Shown one piece after another: positions 12,231 to 25,610 of a stretch of 64,000 nucleotides of DNA. Within the stretch, counting starts at the first letter, position 1. The number at the start of each line of letters is the position of its first letter. The notes under the pieces are model-generated. The model was not told where the DNA came from, ran no database searches, and saw nothing but the letters and a program-made list of their open reading frames with translations. The DNA comes from Takakia lepidozioides (Eukaryota; Plantae; Bryophyta), in NCBI GenBank assembly GCA_030704615.1, contig CM060732.1, positions 8,618,001 to 8,682,000 on the forward strand. Reading direction: 5' to 3'. The position numbers and the translations under genes were made by a program.

Positions 12231-12740
12231 TTGCAAGACACCCCAAGCCCACACCCGGACTGACTTTTGCCTCCACCTACGGAAAGGTTTTGGCCTACAG
12301 AGAGGGTGGAAGACTACCGGGAAGAGAGACTAAAGCAATTCCTAATCCCAGAATGCTCTCATCCCACTAGTCTCCCCCTATCTCTAAACGCTCTTGCTAT
12401 GACCAACAGACAGGACTACCTTCCAGGATCTCTCAAATAACTCTCCAAGAGCCCTCAAGATGTCTCTCAAACAATCTCACTAAAGCCCCCAAAGCCTGTA
12501 CAATTGGACTCCAAATAGTCCACCAAGGCCCCAAGAGCCTGCCAAATCTTGGCCCTCAAGGACCCCAAATAGTCCTTCAAACCAAAGTCTCCTTAAGCTC
12601 GCCAAATATTGGCCTCCGAGGACCCCAATATTCCTCCAAACAGTCCTCCAAACACCCCTTCAAGTGCTCTTCAAATGTCTTACAAAATTTCCTCAAAGGA
12701 CCCCCCAAAGATCCTCCAAAGGCAATACTCCTATCATACA
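12231..12740 (-). mobile_element. Putative 5' LTR of the DNMT-Gypsy
   Basis: Correct position upstream of gag and a TG..CA-bounded segment on the minus strand; no partner LTR or clear PBS to confirm. Confidence 0.3.
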
Positions 12741-12759
12741 CTTTTAATGAAAACGTATG

Positions 12760-12955
12760 GTACGCAAAGTCTCTCCACTTGTATCCATACACTTTCCACA
12801 AAAGTGTATGGTGGGCAGAGGGAGCCCATACACTGTTCAAAAAATGTATGTTGGGCAGTGGGGGCCCATGCACTGTTTACAAAAGTGTATGTTGGGCAGA
12901 GGGGGCCCATACTCTGTTCACAAAAGTGTATGTTGGGCAGAGGGAGCCCATACTT
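12760..12955. repeat. Tandem repeat, about 39-bp unit, 4-5 copies
   Basis: Repeating CACTGTTCACAAAAGTGTATGTTGGGCAGAGGGGGCCCATA-like unit. Confidence 0.85.
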
Positions 12956-12959
12956 TAAA

Positions 12960-13545
12960 AAATTAAGCGACCGCCACATTGGCGGTCGCAGAATAAAGCT
13001 TAACCCAAAACAAAACGAAAAATAAAAAAGCAAAAATTGAAAAGTAGTGGTCATTTCTTTTTAATTTTAAATAATTAACCAATCTGGCGGTCACTTAATA
13101 TTATAAAAAAAGAAAATGAAAAGTGGCGGTCGCTGTTAGATCTTAAACCGGAAAAAGAAAAAAAAAACAGGATTTAAAAAAAAAACAAATTGGTGGTCGC
13201 TGGATAAAGTTTAACCCAAAAAAGCATTATTCATAATATTTGTAAAATAGAGTGACCGTTAGTCTGGCGGTCGCATTTATTTTATATATTTTTAAATTTA
13301 AGCGACCGCCAGTTTGGCGGTCGCCATTATTTTTTTAATTTGAAATATAAGCGACCCGCGGTATTGCGGTCGCTTTTATTTTCTTATGTCACTTATATTT
13401 TTAATATTCTTAAAATAAAGCGACTGCCACTATGGCGGTCGCTTGTTTTGTTTTCAATTTTTAAAGTAAGGCGACCTCCAATGTGGCGTTCGTGTATTTT
13501 ATTTTATTTTTGAAATAAAACGACCTCCAATATGACAGTCGCTTG
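12960..13545. repeat. Array of GCGACCGCCA-Nn-TGGCGGTCGC hairpin units with A/T spacers (DNA-transposon subterminal type)
   Basis: About ten full or half units; motif differs from the 8776-9425 array by A>G in the core. Confidence 0.85.
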
Positions 13546-13569
13546 TTTTTTTATATATTTTTGGTGGCC

Positions 13570-15710
13570 AACCAGATTGTCTATGGTTCTACGCAGCATC
13601 CTGGCGTCCATCCAAAAGGCAAATCCGTGAATACAAAGCTTTGTTGCGGAATTTTATACGGGGTGCTAGCAAGGCAGGGCAAAAGGTCAGACCACAGGTC
13701 TCCTGGAGACAAATCTGCCAGCCGAAAAAACTAGGTAGACTAGGGGAGCTTGACCCGGAAACCCAGATCACAACTCTCCTTGGTAAGTGGCTGCCCAGAT
13801 TCTTGGGCTCAGAAGGAGGCTGGTGGAAGTTTTTGGTGGTGGGAAATCTCATGATGGCAAGCCCCCTTAAGACCTCTAGATGGCAACCCTCCATTCGCTG
13901 GATCACACAAGGTTTCAAGCATAAAATGGTTGGCTCCTCCTTATGGACTGTTATCTGGAAAGCTTGGGCTGCACTCAGACCATTTCTCCGCAAAAAAAGA
14001 GCCAGACTCATATGAGGAAAACCTCCGCCAGCATCTGTTTTTGAACACCAACGTGCCCACAGCAATGGAAAAATCCCTAGCAAAAAGGTGGTCTGCCTAG
14101 GACAATAGGGGCGTAACTCAACTAAAGCACCTATGGTCGCCCGCAGGCTTCCTGCGTCTCGACACCATCTCCCATGTGTTGGGAACAAACAGGGCCAAGG
14201 CGGGACTTCATAGGGTCATAAATTCCATACCTCAAAACTGGATCGTGGCTCTGCAGGCTGGACCTCTAACCCCCTCCACGAACTTCTAGACATTAGGTGT
14301 CATAAACAGCAGGCTCACCATCCTAATGGTGCTTCACGTCACGGACACACACTTCTCAGGGTTCGCTTTCCACATCAATCCCGAAACACTCACACTAATC
14401 CTAGTCTCTCAATCCCAATCCCTCTTCCCTCGGTTCGTTCAGACCCCGGTGAGAATCTGCAACTGGTCGTCTAAGTTCAAAGAGTTTGATCCACAGCCAC
14501 CTCTGACCGTCCCTGTCTTGTCCTGAATTGCTGCATCCACATTTGTGTGGATCTTGGGAAGACCCCTTTCTGACCTCCAGTTGGACCCCAACGAATGGGA
14601 GTGGGCCTTTGGTCGCTCCCCATCACCCCTCCTCACCTATACCCCCAAGAAAGCATACAGGGCGCTCAACAACCTGCTTGCCCTCTCCCCTAAGTGGAAT
14701 AGCAAATGGAGTCACTTTGGATTCTCAAATGAGAACTGGTCAGCAATCTGGTCAGCAATCTGGTCTTCTACCTGGCTGAAAATCAGGCCCGCCAAGATCT
14801 CGGCGTTTTTATGGCAGGTGGCAAACAGAGCCCTAAAAGTAGGTGAATGGTTGCAATTCCATGAAGCTCTACTATGTGCATGTTGCTCCTCGGGGATCAT
14901 TGAAACCCACAAGCACTGCCTTCTTACCTGTACAGCTCCAGCCAAAATCTGGCCCTTGATCAAGGTCTTCTACAGGCACTGGAGTCTTTCTGCCATTGGC
15001 CCACCGGACCTGTTACTTAATTACAACAAAACAGCGAGGGCCCGATCCTTTCCATGTCCGGTCTTCGAGACACTCCGTGCATCTACTCTGTGGCACTTGT
15101 GGCGTGCTAGATGTAGAAAGACCTTCTGTAAGAAGACGATCAGTACCTCCGCTTTGTTGGCAATGGTGTACAAAGATCTTATAACGGGATAAAAAAAAGC
15201 TTGGGCAAAATGTGTTGCAGATTGTCACAGGAACTCAGGCAAGCGCCCGCAATCCATGCCACATTCAGAGCGACGTGGGCCTGCCATGGCATCATTTGTC
15301 AAAGCGACAAGTAGGAACACTGTGTTTGGAATGCTCTCCCCCCTCAAGGCTGGAGAGACCTCAGAGCTCCACTCCACGGCCTCGCCGGAATTTGAGAGAG
15401 ACGTGAACTAGAAACACGTCAAGCACCCCGCCACAACTTCCAGGCTAAATTTTCGTTAAAGCAAAAGCCGTAGATTGGCTCCTCGGTAATCTCAGCTGCA
15501 GGCTACGACGTTTTTTGGAAGTCTCTCAGATAAAGCTAGGTTGTCTTTAGAGGTCTTCTCTCTCTATGCACAATGGTGCACTTTAGCGGCAGGTTTTGGA
15601 TCACCCTTCACTGACCACAGTGTGTAGCCCTCATGGTGCAAAAAGGGGTTTTATTTTTTTTCCCGCAATTTTGAAATAAATGGACTATTCTTTATTTTAT
15701 TTTTAAAAAA
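13570..15710 (+). mobile_element. 5'-truncated L1-like LINE (post-RT region, zf-RVT, 3' UTR)
   Basis: LRNFIRG..VSWRQICQPKKLGRLG..LLGKWLPRFL; WSAIWS..KISAFLWQVANRALKVG..CACC..ETHKHCLLTC..LWHLWRARC; AATAAA and A/T-rich end near 15675-15710. Confidence 0.8.
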
Positions 15711-15959
15711 TATATCATAAGGATATATAACCCAGGTAGTGAAGCCACGTATAGAGGCTAGCATAGAAGTAGGAGGGTGGGCCGAACTAGAGCTTTCCAG
15801 AAGCGGGATAAGGCGTAAAGCGGGTGGAGGAGGCGGTGGGCCCTTCTAAAAGGCTCCACCACCGCCTTGAAGCAGAGGGTAAGGGCTATGTACATTCTGC
15901 CTCCACCTCATATTGGTGGGCTCTGCAAGCAGGCCCCCCTTAGAAAATCAAAATTTGGA

Positions 15960-15982
15960 ACCCTAAACCCTAAACCTAAACC
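15960..15982 (+). repeat. Short plant-type telomeric repeat (telobox)
   Basis: ACCCTAAACCCTAAACCTAAACC. Confidence 0.6.
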
Positions 15983-18602
15983 ATCTTCAAACAAATAGAA
16001 ATATATAACCCCACTAAATGAATGATATCCCATAAAGGGATGGGCGGCCCTGCAGGGGTATGACGGTCCGGGTATTCCCAGGCCTGCGCCCTAACCTGAG
16101 ATCGACGGCGATGGCAGCTCCGGCCAACACCATGGGCTCATAGCAGGGCGGGCTGGAGGGAGTGTAGCCGCGATGGTGGCAGAGCTCACGGCTCGAGAGA
16201 AAACTCCTATGAGGGGTGGGCCAAACCTAGGGCGGGGGTTTGATGGGGTTGAGGGTGGAGTGGGCCCCCATGAAAGCAGGGTCGGGTAGCCAGAGGAACT
16301 CCCACACCCCCTGCCCTTTTGGGCTACGGCTCCAAATATCCTAGGCCTGCAGGCTATAACATAGGTGTACCATTTGAAGTCTTAGGCAGGGAACCTAAAG
16401 ATGCAGTGGCATTGGCTGATTGGTCCCAAAGTTTTCCGGGGACTTCATATGAATGCCCATGACATTTCAACAGGAGAGATTAGGGATTGACCAGCTGAAT
16501 TTTTTTGTATAATTTTAGGAAGAGAGATTTTGGCCTGCCCAAGAAAATGGCATATTTTTTTCCCCCCCCCCCCCCCCCAACCAATTTGTCACTACAAAGG
16601 AGCCCACTTCAGAACATTTCAGAAAAAACTGAAAATTTCTGAGAATGTGTGTTATCAGGTATGGAACAACATTCTTGAAACTCTCAAAAAGAAAAAATTA
16701 AAACTGCCCAAATACAAGCAAAAAACTGCTTTTTTTGGCACCTATTTCTTAGTGGAGATTTGTTTTTGTCCCCACTCTGCACTTCATAATCTTCAGATCT
16801 GGTTGGATGAAACTTTTTGTGGTAGGAGGTGGGGTAGGTGGGAATTAATTCCAACGGTCAGTTTTACAGGGACACAGAGATTCTCTAGATAATTTTTTTT
16901 TTGTGGGCCAGGGTCATGTTTTTTCACGAGAGGGTGAAAATGAGTTTTGGCACTTAAGGGGTAGTCCGCTCTCGCTGTCAACGAACGTTGTCCCTCCTCC
17001 CTTCTCTTCCCCACTTTTCTTCTATGGATGTCATCACTCCTCTGTGTATCGCTCGTCTTCTTCGGGAAGCTCTTTATGATGCTTGTCTTTCTTCCTTCAT
17101 GAAGTTCCCTCGGGGAAAAATGTTCTCTGGCAAGTTTGTCAGGAGGCTCTCCTTTTTAAATTATCTGTGGCTGTCTGCTTCCTTTTGCGAGACTCTCGTC
17201 GGGTGTTCCCACTCCATAGTCCTCCTATGAGACTTGTCGCTTCTTCTTCATTCCGCTCCTTGGAACGAGAGCTCTTCTTCAAGTCCTCTGCAGACCACTC
17301 CGGCTCCTCCCCTCTCACGCTTCGGCCCCCTTCTGTCGCGCTATTTCAAGCGTTCTTTGTGCGGTGGCTATGGCCTTTTCGAATGAAGGCCCATTAATCA
17401 GTTACAGATAAGTCTTTGCGCCCTTCCTACTCCCTCTCGCTCTTCTTCCTTGGCTGTCTGGTTGCTTCCGATTAGCTCAAATGTTATCCCGTTCTTGGCT
17501 CGGTTTTCTCCTTCCTGAGCCTTGGTCTTCCTCTCTGCTTCCCTGGCCTTTCCCCCTTCTTCGTGTCCTACGCTCTTTGCAGCGGGGTTCGTCTTCTCCT
17601 CGGGGATGTCACTCCCTATCTAGTTTCCTAGGCACGTGAGGCAAATAGGCATTTTCTATGGGGGTAATTTTCTGAAATTTTGGCCACCCTATTATTACAT
17701 AATTTTGTAATATGACATATTTTCTTGTAGGCTATATTATTTATATATTTTATAGCAGGTAACAAATATTGGACACCCTATATTAACCTGAAAATTTTAA
17801 AAACAAATTACGGGGTAATGAATTTTTTATTTGTTGGAAACAAATTTATCCAAAGTAGATGCATCAGCATCATTTAAAGTATAAAGGTTCTGAGCAAAAT
17901 CAAATCTCATAGTAACTAAACTAATAATCGAATTTATATCTATCCACTTGCTGTCAGTTACATCATATTTGAATTTCAGATGCCCTCTAGATTTTGAGAA
18001 GTAGTTGAGAAGCACCATGATTGTTGTGGCTGGCTTGTTAAGGAGATCTAGCACAATGTCACCACGAATTGCAGCCGACAGGAGAGAGGGAAGCCTAGGG
18101 TTGTTGTGCACATGCGCCTACGTCCTCTCCGCTGTGTGTCACTGATCGACACGTGTCCCTTTAATTTATCTCCACCCTATATTAGTCTTAATTTTTTTGA
18201 AGAATCCGTCTTCATTTTGGACCCTATTTTAATTTAAATGTCGTGCCGCCAATATATTAGTACCCTATAGTATTTCTAAATATATTCTAAATTTTATTTT
18301 CTCAGAATTTTCGGCACCCTATTTTTTTTTGCACGTCAAAGTGGTAATATTTGGAAGTGACCTCCCCTTGGTCTTCTCTATCTGATATCATGGTGATCAT
18401 CAACGCAGCCTCTGGAGGTCCTTCTAGAAATTATGCGTTCCGCCCTAACAGGCCCCACCGTGACCAAAGGAGAAGCTCAAATAGGGCTGGCAGTCTAGGT
18501 TGCCTAGCTCTGCTCCCGTGACCTCCTCACCTCCCATCAGGCACTTGGAAGCCTGGAGTGAAGCTCCAGCTCCCTCTACTAATGACCAACCTATATTAAA
18601 GC

Positions 18603-19116
18603 TTGATATGGCTCTTATTAGAGATCACTCCAATTGATATGTTTGCTGAGCAAGGGATACTTCTACACTTTCCTGGTAGAGTCCATGACAGGCATTGGGT
18701 GAGGATGTGGACAATTGAGCATATGGGAGCTGATGGAGGGCTCACTCCCCATTTTTGTCACCCCTTGGCCAGGGGGTTTTTTTCTATTATGTTCAGCTCA
18801 GCGGAGTTTGCTTCCAAGGCTTTGAAGTTCAATGTCATACGTTCTAGATATAGCGTCCACATTTTCCCTTGGTCTAGGGACTGGGGACACAAGCTGGGTG
18901 TCACATGCAAGCCTCGGATAATTGCTTTGCCCTACCTGCCTGGCAACTATCTCAGATCTCTTCGCAAAATTGGAGCTTTCTTTGGGGCATACATAGGCTC
19001 AATGAATGTGAATGATTTTGAAGAAGCTGATCTCCTTAGTGTTGATTCCGATAGCCATATGGATCCTACTTGGGACTCGGGTGTCCCTAAAATTGTGGCG
19101 TGGATGCCTGGGGGAT
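18603..19116 (+). pseudogene. LINE ORF1 fragment (DUF4283-like), truncated by the insertion at 19117
   Basis: LARGFFSIMFSS..HIFPWS..PRIIALPYLP..IGAFFGAYIG, homologous to 5360-5872. Confidence 0.7.
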
Positions 19117-19300
19117 GCTTCCGCGTGAGCGCAGCCACGTCAGCAGTTCCTGCCACGTTGGTTCACGGGTCTGACGCCACGTCAGCGGCCCTTGCCAGCG
19201 TGGCTGATGCCACATCACGCCAAGCCACGTCACATTCGTAGGCACATGCCATAACCGCGGGCCAAACAGGCAAAAGGGGCCTTATAACCGCCGACTTTCG
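19117..19300. repeat. GC-rich GCCACGTCA repeat block, probable DNA-transposon terminus
   Basis: Starts GCTTCCGCGTGAGC like 962; repeated GCCACGTCA (reverse complement of TGACGTGGC); abruptly replaces the LINE ORF1 frame. Confidence 0.5.
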
Positions 19301-20474
19301 CATTCGGCACATATTCAACCATGTGTGGGCGACGAGGCGAAGTGCAGAAGAGAGCTGAATGTTGGTGAATGTTGGTGAATGATAGTGCTTACAGAGACTT
19401 CTATGGTTGTGGATTAATTAATGTCCAGGTCATCAGTCTACAATGGTCATCAGATGAATTAATTTCTTGCTAATGTGGTATTCTACATTGTTGTCATCAG
19501 TCTAGAATGGTTGTGGATGAATTAATGAGGATGAAGGAGAGCCAATGTGGATGGGATGCTGCGAATATGGATGAATGTGGATGGAAAGTTGTCGACGAAT
19601 GTGGATGAAATATCGTGAATGAATGAGAGACAGTGGATGAATGTGGTACGAGAATGTCATTCTAACATTTATCTAAACCAAGCACAACGATCAATGTTGT
19701 TTGCACAAACATCAGAAATTACAGCAAATTCCTCATGAAGCACATGATAAGATTTACTCAATGTCTGCCATTTGGGGAAAGATAGACTCATGACAGCAAC
19801 GTAGAATAAGACAACACAACAGATGTGAGATAGAACTTTCATTCTTCGACTTTGTCCCACTGGTTACTGTAACATTCTACTGTGCAGCACGCTCCACTTT
19901 AGCTTTCTTTTTCAGTGTCGACACATTGTGAGCCATTTATGCACCACACTTCCTGCAAACGTAGCACATGACCACCCTAAACATGGTTTAGACTCTAACA
20001 TACATTTAGACTCTAGTGCCCCTGCCAGCGAGATACAAATGTGCTCATCTCTCTTACGACAGCATTGCAGCTTCCAAGTTTATTCCTCCCGACCCATGAG
20101 TTGTCACAACATACAAGATAAATTTTTCTATCGCTTGTGCATGAGGAGGAGTTGTAGGTCTTTCACATTGTGTAAAAAAAATTGACGAACAACTGCCTTG
20201 TCTTCTTGTTTGACCCATAACCAATGTTAGGCATCAGTGTGGTGCCCTTGAACTTGCGCTGAACCCGAGAGTCCATACATACATCATCCCCTAGCCCTGC
20301 ACCTAAACCCTTTCCTCATGAAGATTGCCAAAATGATGCGAAATCCAGACTCAAATAAACAGCTGATTACTGTACATTGTTATCAATGCCTACAAGCCAC
20401 AAACTGTTCACTGTATGAACTGCATAGAAGCCACTGTTGTAAATGCTTACAAGCCATGAAAATGAGAAACCATC

Positions 20475-21753
20475 TTTTAACGACTTTTACTCACCCATCC
20501 CTTCGCTATCCGAGGTGGAAATTCCAAGATAGAAGAGTTGGATTGCTCTAAGCACTTAGCCCGCTTAGAACAATCAGTCATGAACCGCTAGTGAATCATG
20601 GTTGCTTCCTATTTGTATTCCTTCTTGCCTCATGTTATCAATTTACCTTACGTGTATACTGAAGCATCAGATTGCTTCAGTATCTACTAAGTTCCAATTA
20701 ATCATGAATTCATTCCACAGCTTCTCTCATGTCTCTCTATACAGTATGTTTGTATCGATTCAGTATCGGATTAAGATTAATCATGTATCATGCCTATGTC
20801 ATGGTGTCCCTAATCTACCCTACTGTATAATTTTACAGCTTGCATGAATTAAGCCTCAATCAAGTCATCATCTCCTCTTCATTGTTTCCGATCTTCGTTA
20901 CGTCTCCTCCTCTACGGAACAAGTCGCCCTCCTCAAGAAGTGATCATCTTCCTGTTGCCGCCCTGCCTAATCTACTCGCAAGATGTTCTAACACCTAACT
21001 AACTAACCGTCACCCCTGAAGTAACACGTTCCCTCTGCAGATGTCGTTCCCACACAGTCATTCCCTGTCAATGATAATTGTTCCCCATGTACGCTGTGAC
21101 AGGTTGTGTCAAGCTGTGCCGAGCTGTGACTGGCTGTGTAAAGTTGTGTCGGGCTGTGACTGCTGGCGAATGTGTGTCGGGCTATGTTAGACTGGTCTGG
21201 CTGTAATAGACTGTGACGGGCTGTGTAAAGTTGTGCGGGGTGAACTGGCTGTGCGAAGCTGTGTCGGCTGTGTCGACTGTGTCTGGCTGTAATAGACTGT
21301 GACGGGCTGTGTAAAGTTGTGTCGGGCTGTGACTGGCTGTGCGAAAGCTGTGTCGGCTGTGTCGGGCTGTGTCAGACTGTGTCTGGCTGTAATAGACTGT
21401 GCGTAAAGTGTGACTGGCTATGCGAGCTGTGTCGGCTGGTCAGACTGTGTCTGGCTGTGATAGATTGTGACGGGCTGTGTAAGTTGTGTCGGGCTGTGAC
21501 TGGCTGTGCGAAGTTGTGTCTGTGTCAGACTGGCTGTGTAGTTGGCTGTCGGGCTGTGACTGGCTGTGCTGTGTCGGGCTGTGTCAGACTATGTCTGGCT
21601 GTGAAGACTGTGACAAGCTGTACCCCCCTAAAGCCTGCGCCTGCCACCCCTAGGCTCCTGTTGGTCTCAGTCTACCATTCATAAGTCTGTGCAAAAATTA
21701 AGGGTACCCCACAGAACCGTAAAAGCGTCTAAGTCCCAAGCAGCCCTCTAACA
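20475..21753 (-). repeat. 3' LTR of A1 with expanded CACAGCC-type minisatellite (about 21095-21620)
   Basis: Minus-strand start TGTTAGAGGG at 21753 directly after the PPT; outer end degraded; matches the other four LTRs. Confidence 0.9.
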
Positions 21754-21804
21754 TTACCCCTCCCCCTCTCAAAAAGCCGTGTCCTCACGGTTTACTGTTT
21801 GGGA

Positions 21805-24343
21805 TCAGCAAACCTTTGTGAGCGAGCACCCTTCTGTCGGTGAGAGTCTCGTGAAGGACTCCATGTGCGAGCCCGAGTCCTGTCACTGGCTAATGGAGGC
21901 GATTGAGCACTACCTGGAAATGTCTGACCCTCCTTTGGCTGATAACGAGGTAACCTCTTCAGGCATAGGAGATCCCCGTCGTTTCTTCTCTGCCATCTGA
22001 AGTGCATAGTCCTCTGCCATGTCAAAAGAGTCCTTTGAAGAACCAGTAGTATCAGAATCCTCGTCCCCCCTTAGGTGTTTTAACGGCCGAACTTTAAGTG
22101 GCTTCTCGGGAATCCTGCGTGGCATACAATGTGGGCCCACCATGTCTGGAAGTTTAAACTGTACGACTTGTTGTAAGCGCTTGCAAGCAAAATTAGTGAA
22201 CGCCCTGAACTCTTTAGCCGTATAGGTGAGAGGTGTGTCAATGGAACTTTGGAACAGTGTAAGTATTTCCAGGCTTCATGTCCCTTAAAGAAAATATCAT
22301 CAGGGCCGAATTTCTGTTGCCAAATTGTTCCAAGCCGAATTAAATCATGAACGAAGTTGGGAATCCTTCTGCATCATAACTTTTGCATCATACAGGTACA
22401 TATGAGGTGGCACTAAAGGTAAGACCCAATGATCCCCACTAGAATAACTCAGAAATCGTGATTGCATCTTCTGTTGCTCAATGTGATAACGTGCCATAAA
22501 CAAAGCATAGTATAATCCACACCCCTGCCAATACAAAATACTCCCTCCTTGGTCTTGGTATAGATGTACCCATGTACAACCTGGAAGGCAATTAATTCCT
22601 TCAGCATGGTACCTGCCTTAGACCAGTACCTTGCAAAGTGATGATCCTCAATGGGTCGATTGTTCGGAAGAACCTTAGTCCGAGTTGCCACTGGCAACCA
22701 AATGCGTATGATCTGGTAGTATTGTGCCAACAACTGCGGAGGACTAAATTCCTTCCAAGCCAAATCCAGCACAATGGGAATTTGGTTGAAGGGCATAATC
22801 ATAGCCCGACTGTACTCCCGTGCAACAGGAGTCCTAGGTGGGTTAAAAGCAGCATCCCCCCATACCTCAGGCTGTGGTTTTGCTGTAGTAGCAACAGGGT
22901 CAGCTACCTGCACATGCACCTGCTGTGGTATTGGTACCACTGGCACTTCTACCACTGGCATCTCCTGCACCCCCTGCAAAGAAGACTGAAAAATTAGAGT
23001 CCTTGCATGTAAATAAGTAGCGATCAGCTACTCTTCAGGAACAAAGACTCTCTTGTCAATATTTGAACTCAGGTCATCCACTTGAGTTTGCAGGCCTTCC
23101 ACATCCTCCTGTAGCTCAGTATCCTTACTATATAGACATTGTCTATAGTAGTTGTGGCAATGTTCTGCACTTGCAATCTGAGCTCATTCATCTCGCCCTG
23201 GGTGAGCTTCCTTGGTGCTTTGCCTTCTACCGGCCCTTGTGCTAACCATACCTGCATAAGGTGTTATCCACCAAGTCCTGTGTGGCACCCCTGAGAGTCT
23301 GCTCCTCCGTGAGTCTGTACACATCTAACTGCTGCTGTAAAGCCTCTATGCGCTTTGCATGAGGTTCAACCAGGCCCGCATAGACAGCAGCCAGATTATT
23401 GGCTTCCTTCCAAGCCTTGTTAGCCACAGAGAGTTCATTTCTATTGACCATGACTGTTTGTTGCAACTCCAGGATGTACCTCTCCTGGTCAGCCTCAACC
23501 TGTCTATACTGTTGGAAAGTATTATCATTGCGACAGATTGTAGCCTGCAAATCAACAATGAGTTTCATTTGCTCTATTATCTCAGCTTCTGCCATCATAC
23601 ATCTCTCCACTTATCTGTTAACTTCTAATGCAGTTTATTCTAGAGCAGTTGTTAGTGTAGCACATTGTATGGTCATCCTCTGATGTACTGCCTCCAACTC
23701 TGTATGTAGTATGTTCACTCTTGCAACTTGCCCTCATGCTTCACCTTCACACTGCAATTGGTATAACTGTTGCTTATGTGCTTCATGCAACTGGTCATGC
23801 TCGAGACCTGCTTCAATCAAATGTCCCTTAGCCAACTGCAAGGCAGCCTTTGTGTCCTTCAACTCTTGCTGTAACTTGAGATTGATCTCCTCATCTACCT
23901 TGTTAGCACACTCAGTGGCAATTTGAGTCTCAAACTCCTTCCTGAGTTCCTCCCTCAAAGCTGCCAATTGGATAGATGGAACATGAGATTTCACATAAGT
24001 GCCCAACAAATTGAGTGTCCTGCCTTATGGAACTCATAAGCATGGCCTGCTGGGGGTCATCATGGTGAACTTGCTGCTGTTCTCCTTGATCCTCCACAGT
24101 GTGATGCTTCACCAACCATTCAGGCCATTGCCCCACCAGATCATCTTCCTGAACACCCTCATCCTCCACAGGTGCTGCAGTGTCCTTATATTCTACCCCT
24201 TGTACCTCTGTCACAGGTGTGGGTATTACATGCACAGTAGGGATTTCCATGGACAGACTCTGCACCTCTGGTACCACTGATTCCCTGACCAAGCCAGAGT
24301 TTTCATAGAGAAGGTCACCCTTCTCAATTTCTGCCACGACCTC
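21805..24343 (-). pseudogene. A1 3' extra ORF, distal part (coiled-coil rich, unknown function)
   Basis: ORF pieces 23930-24337, 23734-24009, 23242-23610, 22449-22979 and 21910-22143 match 33560-36080. Confidence 0.75.
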
Positions 24344-25005
24344 TGTTAGAGGGTTGCTTGGGACTTAGACGCTTTTACGGGTTTTGTGGGGTACCCTTAA
24401 GTTTTATGCAGACTGAGACCAACAGGAGCCTTATGAGTGGCAGGAACAGGCTTTAGGGCGGTTATACAGCCCATCACAGTCTATCACAGCCCGACACAGC
24501 TTCACACAGCCAATCACCGCTCGACACAGCTTTACACAGCCCGACACACTTGTTCAGGAGAGGAAGAGACGTAACGGAGAGCGGAAACAGTGAAGAGGAG
24601 ATTATGACTTGAATGAGGCTTAGTTCATGCAAGCTGTAAAATTATACAGTAGGATAGAATAGAGACACCATGGCATAGGCATGATACATGATTAATCTTA
24701 ATCCGATACTGAATCGATACAAACATACTATGTAGAGAGACACGAGAGAAGCTGTGGAATGAATGCATGATTAATTGGAACTTAGTAGATACTGAAGCAA
24801 TCTGATGCTTCAGTATACACGGTAAGGTAAATTGATAACATGAAGGTTGGAATGAATACAAATAGGAAACACAACCATGATTCACTAGTTGCAGGTCATG
24901 ACTGATTGTTCTGAGCGGGCTGAGTGCTTAGAGATATCCAACTCTTCTATCTTGGAGTTTCCACCTCGGATAGCGAAGGGATGGGTGAGTAAAAGCCGCT
25001 CGACA
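24344..25005 (+). repeat. 5' LTR of A2 (internal deletion of about 260 bp near 24548)
   Basis: TGTTAGAGGG..AAAAGCCGCTCGACA; 662 bp versus 924 bp for the 3' LTR. Confidence 0.9.
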
Positions 25006-25590
25006 TTTGGCGACCATACTGGGGAACTGGGTCATGAACAACCAGATGTGACAGGCATCTGGTGGGATCATGGTGGTTGGAGAATTAAAGAATTTGATGT
25101 GAATCAAATTCCCTGTGGAACTGAGAATGAAAGATTGTCCAAATAATTCTTTCAGAGGTTCTTGGAATTGCCACGGTTGTAAGGAAAACATTCTTAAGAG
25201 AGTGCATGATGCTGACCCTGAGTGGGGTCTAGAGAAAGGAGTGATAAAGATTTATCAGGTGGCCTGTAGAGAAAGAGCACATTGGTTACCAACACTGGTT
25301 TATGTGATAGCATTGCTATCCATTAAGCGAGTAGAGTTTGAAGGCTGGGAGGAAAGGAAGGTGAATGTTTATACTCATATGCATGAGGAGCTTGTACTGT
25401 AAAGAATTGGATTCCAAAGGATATTTTGTGGATCAAACTCACACCAAGAACAGCTTTTCAGACTTGTTTGCCATATGGTTATATGGTAACGGAGACTTCT
25501 AGTATAGCCAAGGGTGCATTGAAGCTTGAAAGAAACCCAGGCATATACGAGAGATACTACAAAAGAGAGTTTTGGTTATTGCCACATTAA
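24898..25590 (+). pseudogene. A2 5' extra ORF (ORF0), frameshifted
   Basis: Collinear with the open 231-aa ORF at 45106-45801. Confidence 0.6.
25008..25025 (+). promoter_or_regulatory. Primer-binding site, probably tRNA-Arg type
   Basis: TGGCGACCATACTGGGGA 2 nt after the LTR; resembles the TGGCGACTCCACTGGGGA PBS of plant Tat/Ogre-type elements; identical copy in A1 at about 45674-45691. Confidence 0.7.
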
Positions 25591-25610
25591 GGAAATGAAA
25601 GACATGGGAC

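Noticed and set aside
15720-17630. GC-rich and CT-rich blocks with short ORFs
   Set aside because: No recognisable domains, termini or repeats beyond a telobox and a C-run.
17640-18360. Short ORF 17827-18111 in an AT-rich block
   Set aside because: Protein-like C-terminal fragment, probably TE-derived, but no motif or boundaries I can support.
21319-21684. Cys-rich metallothionein-like ORF
   Set aside because: Translation of the GGCTGTG LTR minisatellite.
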